Below are positions 48,681-58,358 of a stretch of 64,000 nucleotides of DNA, piece by piece (positions within the stretch are counted from its first letter, which is position 1; each line of letters begins with the position of its first letter). The notes under the pieces were generated by a model. The model saw nothing but the letters and a program-made list of their open reading frames with translations, was not told where the DNA came from and did not search any database. The stretch is from NCBI GenBank assembly GCA_016932815.1, contig JAFGCC010000002.1:1889-65888 (forward strand). Reading direction: 5' to 3'. This DNA is from Candidatus Micrarchaeota archaeon. Lineage in GTDB: Archaea; Micrarchaeota; Micrarchaeia; Anstonellales; Bilamarchaeaceae. A program made the translations under genes and the position numbers.

Positions 48681-49679
48681 ATGGAGATTGGAAACGGGCA
48701 ATTGGCCATTCTGTTGCTGCTTGGGATTATGCTGTTTAGCTTCGGGTGCGGGGGAGATGACCATGCTCCCCCTGAGCCGCTTCCCCAGGAGGGAACCGCC
48801 GATAACGGGAGCGCACCCGTTTTTGAAGACGAGCCCCTGGGGGAGAACGTGACCGAGTGCTACGATGGCACTCCGGTGGGCAACTGCTCGGCAACAAAAC
48901 CAAAGGCGTGCGACATAACCGGGAACCTCGTTGATGACGTTGAGACCTGCGGGTGCCCGGAAAACGCATTCCAAATGGGCGATGAATGCATATACTACTG
49001 CGCGGACGGGACGCCCCTTGGGGAATGCTCAAAAGACAAGCCGTACTACTGCAACATGAGCGCGGAACTCTATGAGGGCGCAAGTATATGCGGATGCCCA
49101 GAAGGCTACGATGCGGAAGGGGAGGGCTGCAGGAATGCGTGTGACGATGGGACTGCGAAAGAAGTGTGCTCGGAACAAACCCCTCCGTACTATTGCAACC
49201 GCGAATACGAACTGGTGCTGAACCCGTCCCTGTGCGGATGCTTTGAATGGGAGTTCATGGTTTCAGGGAGCTGCTACGACCCTACGGCAATCGGGTATTC
49301 CAACGGGGAAACCATACGCCTGAGCGAAGACGTGAGCGCGGTCATAGACAAAGTAGAAGAGCTAGACTGCGAGGATTCGCGCTACCTTGGAGTCAGGCTT
49401 ACGATAACCAATAACGGCGATGAGGCTTTCGCAATAGAAGAAAGCGACGTGCGCGCATACAAGAACAACAGGTACAGGATGTTCTCGGGCAGGCCAGAAG
49501 GCTGCGCAATAAGCAGCATCTTCAGGTGGGGGGAGGTAAATGCCGGGGGGGAGAAAACCGGAAGGATATATTTCGACATGGGAGGGGGGATAGGGGATAC
49601 TTACAGCATGACCATTTCGAGGATATATTATGAGAGCATCCTGCGGGATTTCAACGTAACTTTGGAGCTTGAGGATTGA
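48681..49679 (+). CDS. Cys-rich repeat lipoprotein with C-terminal DUF4352-like domain
   Basis: LLLLGIMLFSFGC; three C.DGT..C S...P..C...CGC repeats; LTITNNGD...G..TGRIYF. Confidence 0.8.
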   Translation: MEIGNGQLAILLLLGIMLFSFGCGGDDHAPPEPLPQEGTADNGSAPVFEDEPLGENVTECYDGTPVGNCSATKPKACDITGNLVDDVETCGCPENAFQMGDECIYYCADGTPLGECSKDKPYYCNMSAELYEGASICGCPEGYDAEGEGCRNACDDGTAKEVCSEQTPPYYCNREYELVLNPSLCGCFEWEFMVSGSCYDPTAIGYSNGETIRLSEDVSAVIDKVEELDCEDSRYLGVRLTITNNGDEAFAIEESDVRAYKNNRYRMFSGRPEGCAISSIFRWGEVNAGGEKTGRIYFDMGGGIGDTYSMTISRIYYESILRDFNVTLELED

Positions 49680-49684
49680 TTTGC

Positions 49685-50152
49685 ATGGCTTTGGGAGGAG
49701 TGCTCGTAAAAAGCAGGAGCGAAGTGTTCTACTCCACTAAAAGCGGCAACACGCAAAAGATTGCGGAGGCGATTGCGGAGTGCATGGGAACGCAGGCACT
49801 AAACGTTTCGGGCGTGGGGGAGGGGCATTCCCTATCAAAGTGCGACCTCCTCTTTGTAGGAAGCGGGAGCTACGGCTCAGCGCCCTCTGCGGAAATGGCC
49901 GCATTCATAAGGGGGCTTGGGAATTCGGAGGGCAGGCACGCGGCGGTATTCGGAACCTCCGGAGGAGGGAGGGAGGACTACCTAAAGAAGATGAAAGCGC
50001 TCCTTGAGGGAAGGGGCCTCAAGGTTATTGGGATGTGGGGCTGCCTGGGCCAGGAGTATTCATTGAAAAACAAGGGGAAGCCCGACGATAAAGACCTGAA
50101 GGATGCTGCGGGCTTTGCAAAGAAAATGCTAATGAAAATAGAAATAATATAG
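49685..50152 (+). CDS. Flavodoxin family protein
   Basis: YSTKSGNTQKIAEAIA, LFVGSGSYG, AVFGTSG. Confidence 0.9.
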   Translation: MALGGVLVKSRSEVFYSTKSGNTQKIAEAIAECMGTQALNVSGVGEGHSLSKCDLLFVGSGSYGSAPSAEMAAFIRGLGNSEGRHAAVFGTSGGGREDYLKKMKALLEGRGLKVIGMWGCLGQEYSLKNKGKPDDKDLKDAAGFAKKMLMKIEII

Positions 50153-50201
50153 GCAGATAATCCCTGCCTATTTTTCTTATCCTTAATCTTGGGGCGATTG
50201 C

Positions 50202-51245
50202 TCATTCTTGAGGCTCCTGCCCCTCATCGCTTATGCTCTTGCTTATCCTGCCCAGGGCTTCGCGAAGCTGCCCCTGCACGGGTGCGAGGGCTCCCCACCA
50301 GGGGCCTTCCTCGCGGAGTATGCTCCCGTTGCGGGCATTGAGCGTGAAGGAGGTTTCCGAATCCACATCGAATATCCCAAGGAACATCCTCCGCTCTGCC
50401 ACCCTGAATGCGTAGGCTGGCACATCGCCCTCAAAGCCGAGGGTTATGTTCTGCGAAGGCGCAAGGGAGGCTGCAGCCTCCGCCAAATCGGATGGGAGGA
50501 CGTTGAGCCTGTACTCTGTGCCGTTGCGCTCTAGGTACATCGTGCGGTTTCTTATGCGGAGGGTTTCCGCCGTGGAAACTTCGGTCCCGTTCATCTGCAT
50601 TATGGTTTCGCGCTCCCTTGGCTGGATACTAAGGGGCGAAGACGCGTTTGCGTGCCTTAATGCGATTTGTGCTTCTACCTGCACCTGCCCACCCGACTGG
50701 TTGTTTGCAAGGAGGGTAGGGGATTCGTTGCCGGCCCTGGACTGGACTTCCACCCTTCCTGGGCTAACCTGCACCGCTTCTATTTCCCCTGCATTCTGGA
50801 GGGCCTCCCCGTTGGAGGCGGTAACCGTAAGCTGCCAGCGGTTTGTTTCCCCTTCGGGTTTGTCTTCGGAGTTGTTGTTGGGGGAATTCTCCCCGCGGGA
50901 AGCTTCCACTGCCCCGGAGCCGTTGCCGCCGCCCTGGCTGCCCGTGGAAATCCCTGCTCCCCCGTATTGGGTGGGAGTGGGGGCGTAATCGGGGCCACGG
51001 GCGGGTTCCCCTGCGCCGGATGAAGAGCCTCCTGAGCCGGATGGAGAACTGCCGGAATCGCCTTCCGATTCTGAAGTGCTGGAACCTGTTCCCGTTGCGG
51101 AGCCGCTCCCGGAGCCGTTTGCGATTGTGGCGGAAACCTTTAGGGGCGTTGATTCGGCTGCGGAATCGGTGCGCACGCCCGTCTCCGCAAAAGCCATGCC
51201 CAAAACCAGTGAAAATGCCAATACGAATACTATTGCAGTCCTCAT
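50202..51245 (-). CDS. Secreted protein with Gly/Ser low-complexity N-terminal region
   Basis: Signal MRTAIVFVLAFSLVLGMAFA; C-terminal FLGIF.V...LNA.NG...PWW. Confidence 0.75.
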   Translation of the reverse strand: MRTAIVFVLAFSLVLGMAFAETGVRTDSAAESTPLKVSATIANGSGSGSATGTGSSTSESEGDSGSSPSGSGGSSSGAGEPARGPDYAPTPTQYGGAGISTGSQGGGNGSGAVEASRGENSPNNNSEDKPEGETNRWQLTVTASNGEALQNAGEIEAVQVSPGRVEVQSRAGNESPTLLANNQSGGQVQVEAQIALRHANASSPLSIQPRERETIMQMNGTEVSTAETLRIRNRTMYLERNGTEYRLNVLPSDLAEAAASLAPSQNITLGFEGDVPAYAFRVAERRMFLGIFDVDSETSFTLNARNGSILREEGPWWGALAPVQGQLREALGRISKSISDEGQEPQE

Positions 51246-51323
51246 GAAGGGAGGTTGCATGAAAAATAATATAAAGTTGCCCTCTGGAAGAGGGGAACCT
51301 GCATGGATGCGCGCAGCATCAAT

Positions 51324-51929
51324 TTAGATGTGCGAACTTGCAGTCAGGCTGCTTATTGTGTAGATTATCACGGCGCAGATTAGGCCTATTGCCAGCGTCT
51401 TTAGTGCCGAGATTGCGAGGTTCTCCTTTGAGAGTTTGCCCAGGAATATCCCAAGGAGGAGGAACATCACAAAGCACATCCCAAACGAAATGTAGTAAGC
51501 GGAGAGGACGTCAAGGATTGGGGTAAATGAGATGAAGAATGGGAGCAGCACCAGGAGGATTGCTATTAGGGGGGAGAGGCCGTCTATTAGGGAGACGTAG
51601 ACTGTCGCAAAGCTCTCCGCGCGGGAGATGTCGGTGGAATCGAGGTTCCTTAGCATGCTGCGCTCAAGGTCCTTGCGCGATTTCATGCGCTCAGCGCGCT
51701 CGGAGAGGTAGGTTCCCCACACTCCGGAAACGAAGATTGCGGCCCCTGCGCCAAGGCCCATCGTGGCGATTGTATCCACTTCCATTAGGCCGGAGAGGAA
51801 AGAGCCCAGGAGGACCCCGAAAATAGTGAGCGTCCCATCAAAAGTGTTCATCACGAAATACCTGCGGGCCAGTTTGGACATGCCCGTGATTTTCTCGTAA
51901 TGCTCGATTTTTTTCCCGAGTTTCTTCAT
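51324..51929 (-). CDS. VIT1/CCC1-family transporter (TIGR00267-like)
   Basis: RRYFVMNTFDG, GTYLSERAER, DGLSP; next to DUF211. Confidence 0.85.
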   Translation of the reverse strand: MKKLGKKIEHYEKITGMSKLARRYFVMNTFDGTLTIFGVLLGSFLSGLMEVDTIATMGLGAGAAIFVSGVWGTYLSERAERMKSRKDLERSMLRNLDSTDISRAESFATVYVSLIDGLSPLIAILLVLLPFFISFTPILDVLSAYYISFGMCFVMFLLLGIFLGKLSKENLAISALKTLAIGLICAVIIYTISSLTASSHI

Positions 51930-51945
51930 GGTTTGGGATTACCCC

Positions 51946-52218
51946 CTAATCCGAAGGTTCCTTTATCGTGAGGACGTTGTCTATTGAGTGGATTGTGGCG
52001 CCCATGTTCTCTATTATCCTGTTTATGTTCTCATAATGCAGGCTCGGGCCTTCTATGGAAATCTTCACGTTCTCTACTTTCTTGTCGATTTCGAGAATGT
52101 CAACCGAAACCTTGTCCACGCCGTCTACCGCGTTTATGTTCCTGGATAACTCAAGTATGGAAGGCTCCATGGGCTTGAGGACGTCCAGAACTATCTTTTG
52201 CACTTTTACTGTGTCCAT
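51946..52218 (-). CDS. DUF211 family protein
   Basis: IVLDVLKP.EPSI, GATIHSID. Confidence 0.88.
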   Translation of the reverse strand: MDTVKVQKIVLDVLKPMEPSILELSRNINAVDGVDKVSVDILEIDKKVENVKISIEGPSLHYENINRIIENMGATIHSIDNVLTIKEPSD

Positions 52219-52310
52219 GCTGCTTGGTATATTGAACAACTAATATAAAAGGATTGGAAGGCGGGGGAGTGGGGAGGGATTTAATAGTTTTCTTGGCCAA
52301 AATCCCCTTC

Positions 52311-53225
52311 ATGAAATACGCTCTTTCAGTTTTCATGGCGCTGGCACTCCTGCTTGCAGGCTGCCCGCAGGAAGGCTCCCCTGATGGGGGGATCTGGGGA
52401 GGCGCTGGCTCTTGCAGTGACAGCGATGGCGGGATATACGAATTTACCAGGGGGGTTGCCACAGTTGAGGATGGTGCGGGAACCGACAAGTGCCTGGGCC
52501 AGGGCGGAAGCGTCCTTGAATATTATTGTGAGGATGGGGAGCTTGCGAGCACGGACGTTGAGTGCCCCCTGGGCTACGTTTGTGACGATGGGGCATGCAT
52601 AGTAACGCCCTGCTTTGACACCGAAGAGGATGCGGATCCTGGCGTTGCCGGGACCGTGCAATATTCGGGCGCGCAGTACGCGGACTCCTGCATAGATGAT
52701 ACTTGGGTAAGGGAATATTCGTGCACTAAAGAGGGGGTGTCCGAAGAGGCAATTGAGTGCGAAGAAGATGAGAAGTGCGAGAGGGGAGAATGCATGCCGA
52801 TTCTGCCCTGCATAGACAGCGACAACGGAAAGGACGTTTATTCTGCCGGGGTAGCCAGCGTGGGGGCGGCATCGTATTCTGACATCTGCGTAAGCTACAA
52901 CGTGGTCTTTGAGTATTACTGCGAAGATGGGGGCGTGCGGGATGTGCAAATCATGTGCCCGGACGGGGAAGAATGCTCCGGGGGGGTTTGCATCGAGGCT
53001 GGGGACCGCGAATGCACGGACACCGACGATGGCAAGAGCAGGTACCAGAGGGGGACCGTTTCCTATTGGGTTGGCGGGGAGGAACTCTCCGAAACCGACA
53101 AGTGCTATGACCAGGATTCGGTTTTGGAAGTGTGGTGCACAGAAGACGGCTCGGTCGGGTTTGGGATTCTGGAGTGCTACGATTCCGACTGGTGCGAGGA
53201 TGGGGCGTGCACAAGTGGAAGTTAG
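52311..53225 (+). CDS. Cys-rich repeat lipoprotein (four CxD[ST] repeats)
   Basis: Lipobox LLAGC; C.D[ST]...D.C...E..C...C.....C..G.C four times. Confidence 0.85.
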   Translation: MKYALSVFMALALLLAGCPQEGSPDGGIWGGAGSCSDSDGGIYEFTRGVATVEDGAGTDKCLGQGGSVLEYYCEDGELASTDVECPLGYVCDDGACIVTPCFDTEEDADPGVAGTVQYSGAQYADSCIDDTWVREYSCTKEGVSEEAIECEEDEKCERGECMPILPCIDSDNGKDVYSAGVASVGAASYSDICVSYNVVFEYYCEDGGVRDVQIMCPDGEECSGGVCIEAGDRECTDTDDGKSRYQRGTVSYWVGGEELSETDKCYDQDSVLEVWCTEDGSVGFGILECYDSDWCEDGACTSGS

Positions 53226-53238
53226 GCCCGAAGAAAGG

Positions 53239-53706
53239 ATGCGCGCAGTTGGCATAATCCGCTACGAAGGGCAATACGCATTGGCCACCAGGGAGTTCGT
53301 GCTCAGCGTGCTGGGAGGGGAATTCGGGTGGTGGGACACCAACCGGCCGGATTTGGATGATATTGGCGGATTCTATTTGGGGGAGAAAAGCGGGTTCTGG
53401 ATTGCGCTTGAAGATGGGAAGGTTGTTGGCACAATCGCAATCAAGGATTATGGGAAGGGGAGGGCGTACCTCAAGAGGATGTATGTGGCAAAGGAGTTCC
53501 GGGGGACGGGGCTGGCAAGGAGGATGCTCGATACCGCGCTAAGTTATGCTAGGGGGAAAGGCTTTAGGGAAGTGTTCCTTGCAACCGTTGATGAGATGGC
53601 TGCGGCAAAAAAATTCTACTCCAAAAACGGCTTTGGGAGAATAAGCAAACTGCCCGAAGGCCTGCCGGATTTTGGGGACAACGTTTTCTACAGGCTGGCA
53701 CTCTGA
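53239..53706 (+). CDS. GNAT family N-acetyltransferase
   Basis: LKRMYVAKEFRGTGLA, AKKFYSKNGF. Confidence 0.9.
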   Translation: MRAVGIIRYEGQYALATREFVLSVLGGEFGWWDTNRPDLDDIGGFYLGEKSGFWIALEDGKVVGTIAIKDYGKGRAYLKRMYVAKEFRGTGLARRMLDTALSYARGKGFREVFLATVDEMAAAKKFYSKNGFGRISKLPEGLPDFGDNVFYRLAL

Positions 53707-53728
53707 TTTGGGATGTTAGCGAACGCAT

Positions 53729-54148
53729 TCACTCGGTGCGCTTTAGGAGTATTGCCGGGCAGATTCTAAGCACCCCCTCTTTGCCCCCCAGTTTTTTTAT
53801 TAGCGCGTTCAGATTTTCGGGAGTCTTGCACCATGCCTCAAACATTATCATGTGGTCCCCCGTAGTTAGCGAGGCGTAGCGGACATCCGGGAGGTTGCTT
53901 ATATACTCTAAAACCGGGAGGAGTCTCTCCGGAGTGGTATCGAGCCCTACTAGCGCAACCCCGGAATACCCCATGAAAAAGGGGTCTATTATCGCAGTAT
54001 AGGATTTGATTATGCCGCGCTCTTCTAGCTTTTTTATGCGCTTTCTCACGGCGGTTTCGGTGATTCCCAGCTTCAATGCTATCCGGGTCAGGGGAGTCCT
54101 GCTGTTGCGCATTAGGGTGTGGAGGATTTCCTCGTCTTTTTCATCCAT
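53729..54148 (-). CDS. LrpA/Ptr2-like Lrp family regulator
   Basis: GITETAVRKRIKKLEE, GDHMIM, ICPAILL as in Thermococcales LrpA. Confidence 0.92.
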   Translation of the reverse strand: MDEKDEEILHTLMRNSRTPLTRIALKLGITETAVRKRIKKLEERGIIKSYTAIIDPFFMGYSGVALVGLDTTPERLLPVLEYISNLPDVRYASLTTGDHMIMFEAWCKTPENLNALIKKLGGKEGVLRICPAILLKRTE

Positions 54149-54184
54149 GTTCGTATTTCAAACCAAAGAGTTTTAAAAACGAAC
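54149..54184. promoter_or_regulatory. Two phased imperfect palindromes (GTTCG-N5-CGAAC type), candidate Lrp operators
   Basis: GTTCGTATTTCAAAC (54149-54163) and GTTTTAAAAACGAAC (54170-54184), 21 bp apart. Confidence 0.5.
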
Positions 54185-54224
54185 TGATAAAGCGTTGACC
54201 ATAGAAAAAGGAAATGGTGTGAAA

Positions 54225-54788
54225 ATGATGAGAATCGGAGAAAAGATAGCGGATATGGGAATGGAAGTTTTCCATGAAGGGGAAATAAAGAAGGTAAAGC
54301 TCTCGGATTACTCTGGAAAGTGGTTGGTCCTGGTATTCTACCCTGCGGATTTCACTTTCGTGTGCCCAACCGAGCTTGAGGACATGGCGAAGCATTATGC
54401 GCAGTTTAAGGAAGCGGGCGCGGAGGTAATTAGCATAAGCACCGACACCGTGTTCGTGCACAAGGCGTGGAAGGACAATTCGGATGCCATAAAGAAGATT
54501 GAGTACCCGATGGGCGCAGACCCCACGGGCAAAATCTGCAGGGAGTTTGGGACGTACATAGAAGAAGAGGGGCTCTCCCTGAGGGGAAGCTTCATAATAG
54601 ACCCGGACGGAGTGCTTAAAGCGTTTGAGGTCCATGACAACAGCATAGGCAGGAGCGCAAAGGAGCTCCTGCGGAAACTGCGGGCTGCGGATTTTGTGCG
54701 AAAAAGCGACGGAATCGTGTGCCCGGCCAACTGGGAACCCGGGGCGGAAACGCTCAAGCCCGGGCTGGACCTGGTGGGAAAGATATAG
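54225..54788 (+). CDS. ahpC: 2-Cys peroxiredoxin AhpC
   Basis: [20 protein letters not shown]. Confidence 0.95.
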   Translation: MMRIGEKIADMGMEVFHEGEIKKVKLSDYSGKWLVLVFYPADFTFVCPTELEDMAKHYAQFKEAGAEVISISTDTVFVHKAWKDNSDAIKKIEYPMGADPTGKICREFGTYIEEEGLSLRGSFIIDPDGVLKAFEVHDNSIGRSAKELLRKLRAADFVRKSDGIVCPANWEPGAETLKPGLDLVGKI

Positions 54789-54796
54789 GTGAGGAC

Positions 54797-55174
54797 ATGA
54801 CCAAGAGAGAAGAGATATACAAATGCAACGTATGCGGGAACATCGTGGAAATGGTGCATCCTGGCGCGGGAGAGCTTGTCTGCTGCGGGCAGCCAATGGA
54901 GCACAAGCCGGAGAAGGAGACTGATGAGGGAAACGAGAAGCACGTCCCGATAATCAAGAGGACCGAAACCGGCGTGAAGGTAAAGGTGGGCTCGGTTCCG
55001 CACCCTATGGAGGAGAACCACTACATTGAGTGGATTGAAATCATAGCGGACGGCAAAGTGTGCCGCAAGTACCTAAAACCGGGAGAGGCTCCGGAAGCGG
55101 AATTCTGCACGGATGCAAAAGAGGTTAGCGCACGCGAATACTGCAATGTGCACGGGCTCTGGAAATCCGCCTGA
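54797..55174 (+). CDS. dfx: Desulfoferrodoxin (2Fe superoxide reductase)
   Basis: CNVCGNIV...CCGQPM, EKHVP, HPM...[14 protein letters not shown]. Confidence 0.96.
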   Translation: MTKREEIYKCNVCGNIVEMVHPGAGELVCCGQPMEHKPEKETDEGNEKHVPIIKRTETGVKVKVGSVPHPMEENHYIEWIEIIADGKVCRKYLKPGEAPEAEFCTDAKEVSAREYCNVHGLWKSA

Positions 55175-55176
55175 GC

Positions 55177-55196
55177 GCGGGCTCCTAAGGGCCCGC
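55177..55196. terminator. GC-rich hairpin between convergent dfx and rbcL
   Basis: GCGGGCTC-CTAA-GGGCCCGC. Confidence 0.35.
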
Positions 55197-55218
55197 TTCG
55201 CGCTTTGGGCTTTGGGAT

Positions 55219-56514
55219 TCACTTGGGCTTGTAGCGTCCCCACTTGCCCAGTGCTTCCCTCAATTCTTCGTTATTTTTAGCCTTCTCTTTTAGGGAGACT
55301 CCTTCCATCTTCGCATCTATTGCCTGCATTACTGCCATTGCGCCTGCGCGGGTGCCCTTGGGATGTCCGTGGATTCCTCCGCTAACTAGGAGTACCATGT
55401 CGTTGCCGTAGATGTCCATGACATCCGGGACCAGGCCGGGGTGGAGGCCTCCTGAGGATGCTGGGAAAACGGATTTTATGTTTCCCCACTCCTGCTCTAG
55501 TATGAGGCCTTTTTTCGCCTTGGTTTTCTTCTCGCGCAGAACGTCCGCTATTGCCTGCACTTCGGGCTTTGTGCCAACGAGCTTGCCCACCGCAGTTCCG
55601 GTGTGGATGTTGTTTACTCCAAGCATGCGCATCGTCTTTGCGAGAAACTGCATGGTAAGGCCGTGCTTGGGGTTGCGGTCAAAAGCCGCGTGCATCGCCC
55701 TGTGCGCGTGTATTGCAAGGCCCAAATCGCCAAGGTAGTCGCGCATCGTCTGGACTGCCGAGTTGCCGGTTACAACGACGTCTATCATCACATAATCCCA
55801 GCCGTGGTCTGCGACCATCTCCGCGCGCCTCATCATCTCTCCTACTTCTGCTGTGATGTTGAAGAATGCGGATTTTTTCTCGCCCGTGAGGGCTTCCGCC
55901 TTGTCGCGGAGCTTCGTCATCCTCTTTAGGCGGTCCTCGAAGCGGTTGAATGAGAGGGATGTGAGGTTTTCGTCATCCTTTACGAAATCGAATCCGCCCA
56001 TCCAGGTTTCGAACGCTATTTTGGAGTGCTCGGCTGCGCTGAATCCTATTTTGGGCTTTACCACTGCCCCTGTTAGGGGGCGCTTTTTTACTCCCATCCT
56101 CTTTCTTATCCCCTCCATCCCGAATTGGGGGCCCTTGAAGGACTTGAGGAGGGCGGGCGGAATCGACGCGTCTATTAGCCTCAGGTTCTTGAGCGCCTTC
56201 ATGCCGAAGATGTTGCCGGCTATCCCGCTTAGGAGCTGGCAGAGGTTGCCCTTTTCCCAGAGGCCAATCGGGTATGCGACTTTTAGGTAGTTGCCATCCA
56301 TCTCAAAGGCGGTCGCCTCCAGGCCCTTCATTCTCGGAGGAAGGCTGGTGAGGGTGGTCCAGGTGCCAGTGGAACTCTCCGATGCAATCCTGCCTGCAGC
56401 CTCCTTCTTGCTCATCCCCGCTGCGGGCTCGAAATAAAAGAGAGCTATAACGTCGTCTTTTGCAGGCGAATATTTAAAGTCCACGAATTTGTCATACCAA
56501 TCGATTTTTGCCAT
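55219..56514 (-). CDS. rbcL: Form III ribulose-1,5-bisphosphate carboxylase
   Basis: ESSTGTWT, AGNIFGMK, KPKIG, DFVKDDEN, HAHRAMH, loop-6 GKL, SGG, GGIHGHP. Confidence 0.95.
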   Translation of the reverse strand: MAKIDWYDKFVDFKYSPAKDDVIALFYFEPAAGMSKKEAAGRIASESSTGTWTTLTSLPPRMKGLEATAFEMDGNYLKVAYPIGLWEKGNLCQLLSGIAGNIFGMKALKNLRLIDASIPPALLKSFKGPQFGMEGIRKRMGVKKRPLTGAVVKPKIGFSAAEHSKIAFETWMGGFDFVKDDENLTSLSFNRFEDRLKRMTKLRDKAEALTGEKKSAFFNITAEVGEMMRRAEMVADHGWDYVMIDVVVTGNSAVQTMRDYLGDLGLAIHAHRAMHAAFDRNPKHGLTMQFLAKTMRMLGVNNIHTGTAVGKLVGTKPEVQAIADVLREKKTKAKKGLILEQEWGNIKSVFPASSGGLHPGLVPDVMDIYGNDMVLLVSGGIHGHPKGTRAGAMAVMQAIDAKMEGVSLKEKAKNNEELREALGKWGRYKPK

Positions 56515-56779
56515 GGAAAGCTCAAATCAAACAAGTAATATAAAGCCTGCGGATTGGGGGCCCGGGGCAGGGGATGGTGCGCGGATGGGGGATGTTATGT
56601 GTGGGGAGCGCTTTGGGGGGCCTGCTGCGGAAAAGAGGGGGGCATAGATAAGCTTAAATACCATCGCATTCCCAATAGAAGCGGATGGCTGGCAGCCGAT
56701 AATGCGCAAGCCCCGGGGAATCCCCGGGATTCTGCCTCCGGGTGCGGGCCGTCCTTAAGTAAAATAAAAAGGTGAAAGA

Positions 56780-56941
56780 ATGTCTTTTGGAGACGACGAT
56801 GAAAGCGGAGACAGGCCTGCGCGCGAAATGCACGATGCGGTCTGTTCTAAATGCGGTAAGGAGTGCCAGGTCCCCTTTAAGCCTACTGAGGGAAGGCCCG
56901 TTTACTGCAGGGACTGCTTTAGGCCACGCAAGAGATTTTAG
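56780..56941 (+). CDS. CxxC-x17-CxxC small protein (53 aa; below ORF-track cutoff)
   Basis: Manual translation MSFGDDDESGDRPAREMHDAVCSKCGKECQVPFKPTEGRPVYCRDCFRPRKRF; SD AGGTGA. Confidence 0.9.
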   Translation: MSFGDDDESGDRPAREMHDAVCSKCGKECQVPFKPTEGRPVYCRDCFRPRKRF

Positions 56942-57035
56942 GTGAAGGAGCTTTCCTAATCCGCTAAGTTTCTTTTAATATTATTTTTTTGTTTTAAATT
57001 CAGTTCTTGGTTTTGATTGCCCTTGCTTTTTAGCG

Positions 57036-58262
57036 TCAGCTCTCTGCATAGGGGGATTTCGCCTTCTGCAGGGTTTTGGGCGGGGGGTGGCCTATTGGGC
57101 CTTGTGGCGGCTCCTTTATGGTGCGCGCAATAGCGCTCATTAGGATTGGGCCTATGAACGTGGTTGCTATGCTCAGGATTATCATCGCGGTAATCATGTT
57201 GTCATCTAGCAGCCCCATCTCAAGCCCCACGAATGCGACTGCGAGGGTAGTGCTAAGCTGGGGGATTGTTGATACTCCGGCAAGTGCGCTCTCCTTTGAA
57301 TCAAATCCGCAGGATTTGGCGGCAAGCCAGCCGCTTGCGAACTTGGAGATTACCGAAACCGCGGCTATTGCAAGGACCAGGTATAGCGCGCTGCCCCACC
57401 TTGAGAGTATGGAAACGTCCATCTGGGTGCCGATTATGATGAAGAACACCGGGATGAAGATTCCATAGCTTACAGCGTGCAGCTTCCTGCGCAGGGTTTC
57501 ATTCGTAATGGAATCCGAGAGGACCAGGCCTGCGAAGAATCCCGCGATTATTGAGTGCATCCCAAGCAGGTCAAATAGGACGACCGTCCCGACTAGCATT
57601 ACCAATATGAAGCGCAATTCCTGCTCAAAGTGGTATTCTATTCCGGAATTGAGCGAGAAGAACCATTCCCTTGCCCTTGGCATTAGGATGCGCAAGGCTG
57701 CTAGCAGGATGAAAACGAACAGGTAGAAAAGGGGAAGGGGCATCTCGGAAGTGGGGTCGGCACTCTGGAGGAATAATGATAGCAGGATGAGGCTGAGGAC
57801 GTCTTCTACTATTGTGCCGGCAACGATTGTTTTCCCAAGCTTCATGTTGATTAGCCCCGTGGATTCCATTACCGGGATTACCACCGCTATTGAAGATGAA
57901 ACGAAGATTATGCCCAAAAGCAGGGAGGATATTGTGTCGTATCCGAAAAAGGAGGCTATGCCAAAACCGGCAAGGAAGGGGATTGCCCCGTTTATGAGGG
58001 CGAACCTGGCTGCGCTGCCGCCTATGCTCCTAAAGCTTGAGAGCTTTATCTCCATTCCCGCCATGAACATCAGGAAAACCAGGCCGATTGAGCCTAGGAA
58101 ATCAATCGTTTCGTTCATCTCAAAGAGGGCCAGGCCGTAGGGGCCGATTATTATTCCCGCCAGGATGAGGGCGACAACATATGGGAGATGGAAGCGCCTG
58201 AAGAGTTCTGATAGGAACAGCGATGCGGAGATTAGCACCAGGAATGAAAGCAGTTCCGCCAT
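57036..58262 (-). CDS. Cation:proton antiporter (CPA2 family)
   Basis: Multi-TM; LMFMAGME, TIVED, IAGFFAG, FIPVFF, ISKF. Confidence 0.9.
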   Translation of the reverse strand: MAELLSFLVLISASLFLSELFRRFHLPYVVALILAGIIIGPYGLALFEMNETIDFLGSIGLVFLMFMAGMEIKLSSFRSIGGSAARFALINGAIPFLAGFGIASFFGYDTISSLLLGIIFVSSSIAVVIPVMESTGLINMKLGKTIVAGTIVEDVLSLILLSLFLQSADPTSEMPLPLFYLFVFILLAALRILMPRAREWFFSLNSGIEYHFEQELRFILVMLVGTVVLFDLLGMHSIIAGFFAGLVLSDSITNETLRRKLHAVSYGIFIPVFFIIIGTQMDVSILSRWGSALYLVLAIAAVSVISKFASGWLAAKSCGFDSKESALAGVSTIPQLSTTLAVAFVGLEMGLLDDNMITAMIILSIATTFIGPILMSAIARTIKEPPQGPIGHPPPKTLQKAKSPYAES

Positions 58263-58358
58263 TGAAGCCTGAATCTTTGGCTTTGCTTATAAAAGTATTG
58301 CAGGCCTGCCCTGGGGGAGCTGCACACGGGAATCCCATTTTCATCTTGGAAGCGCTGC

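Noticed and set aside
55219-56514. RuBisCO as evidence of Calvin-cycle autotrophy or as a RuBisCO-like protein
   Set aside because: Form III signature with catalytic residues intact; no PRK or small subunit in the window.
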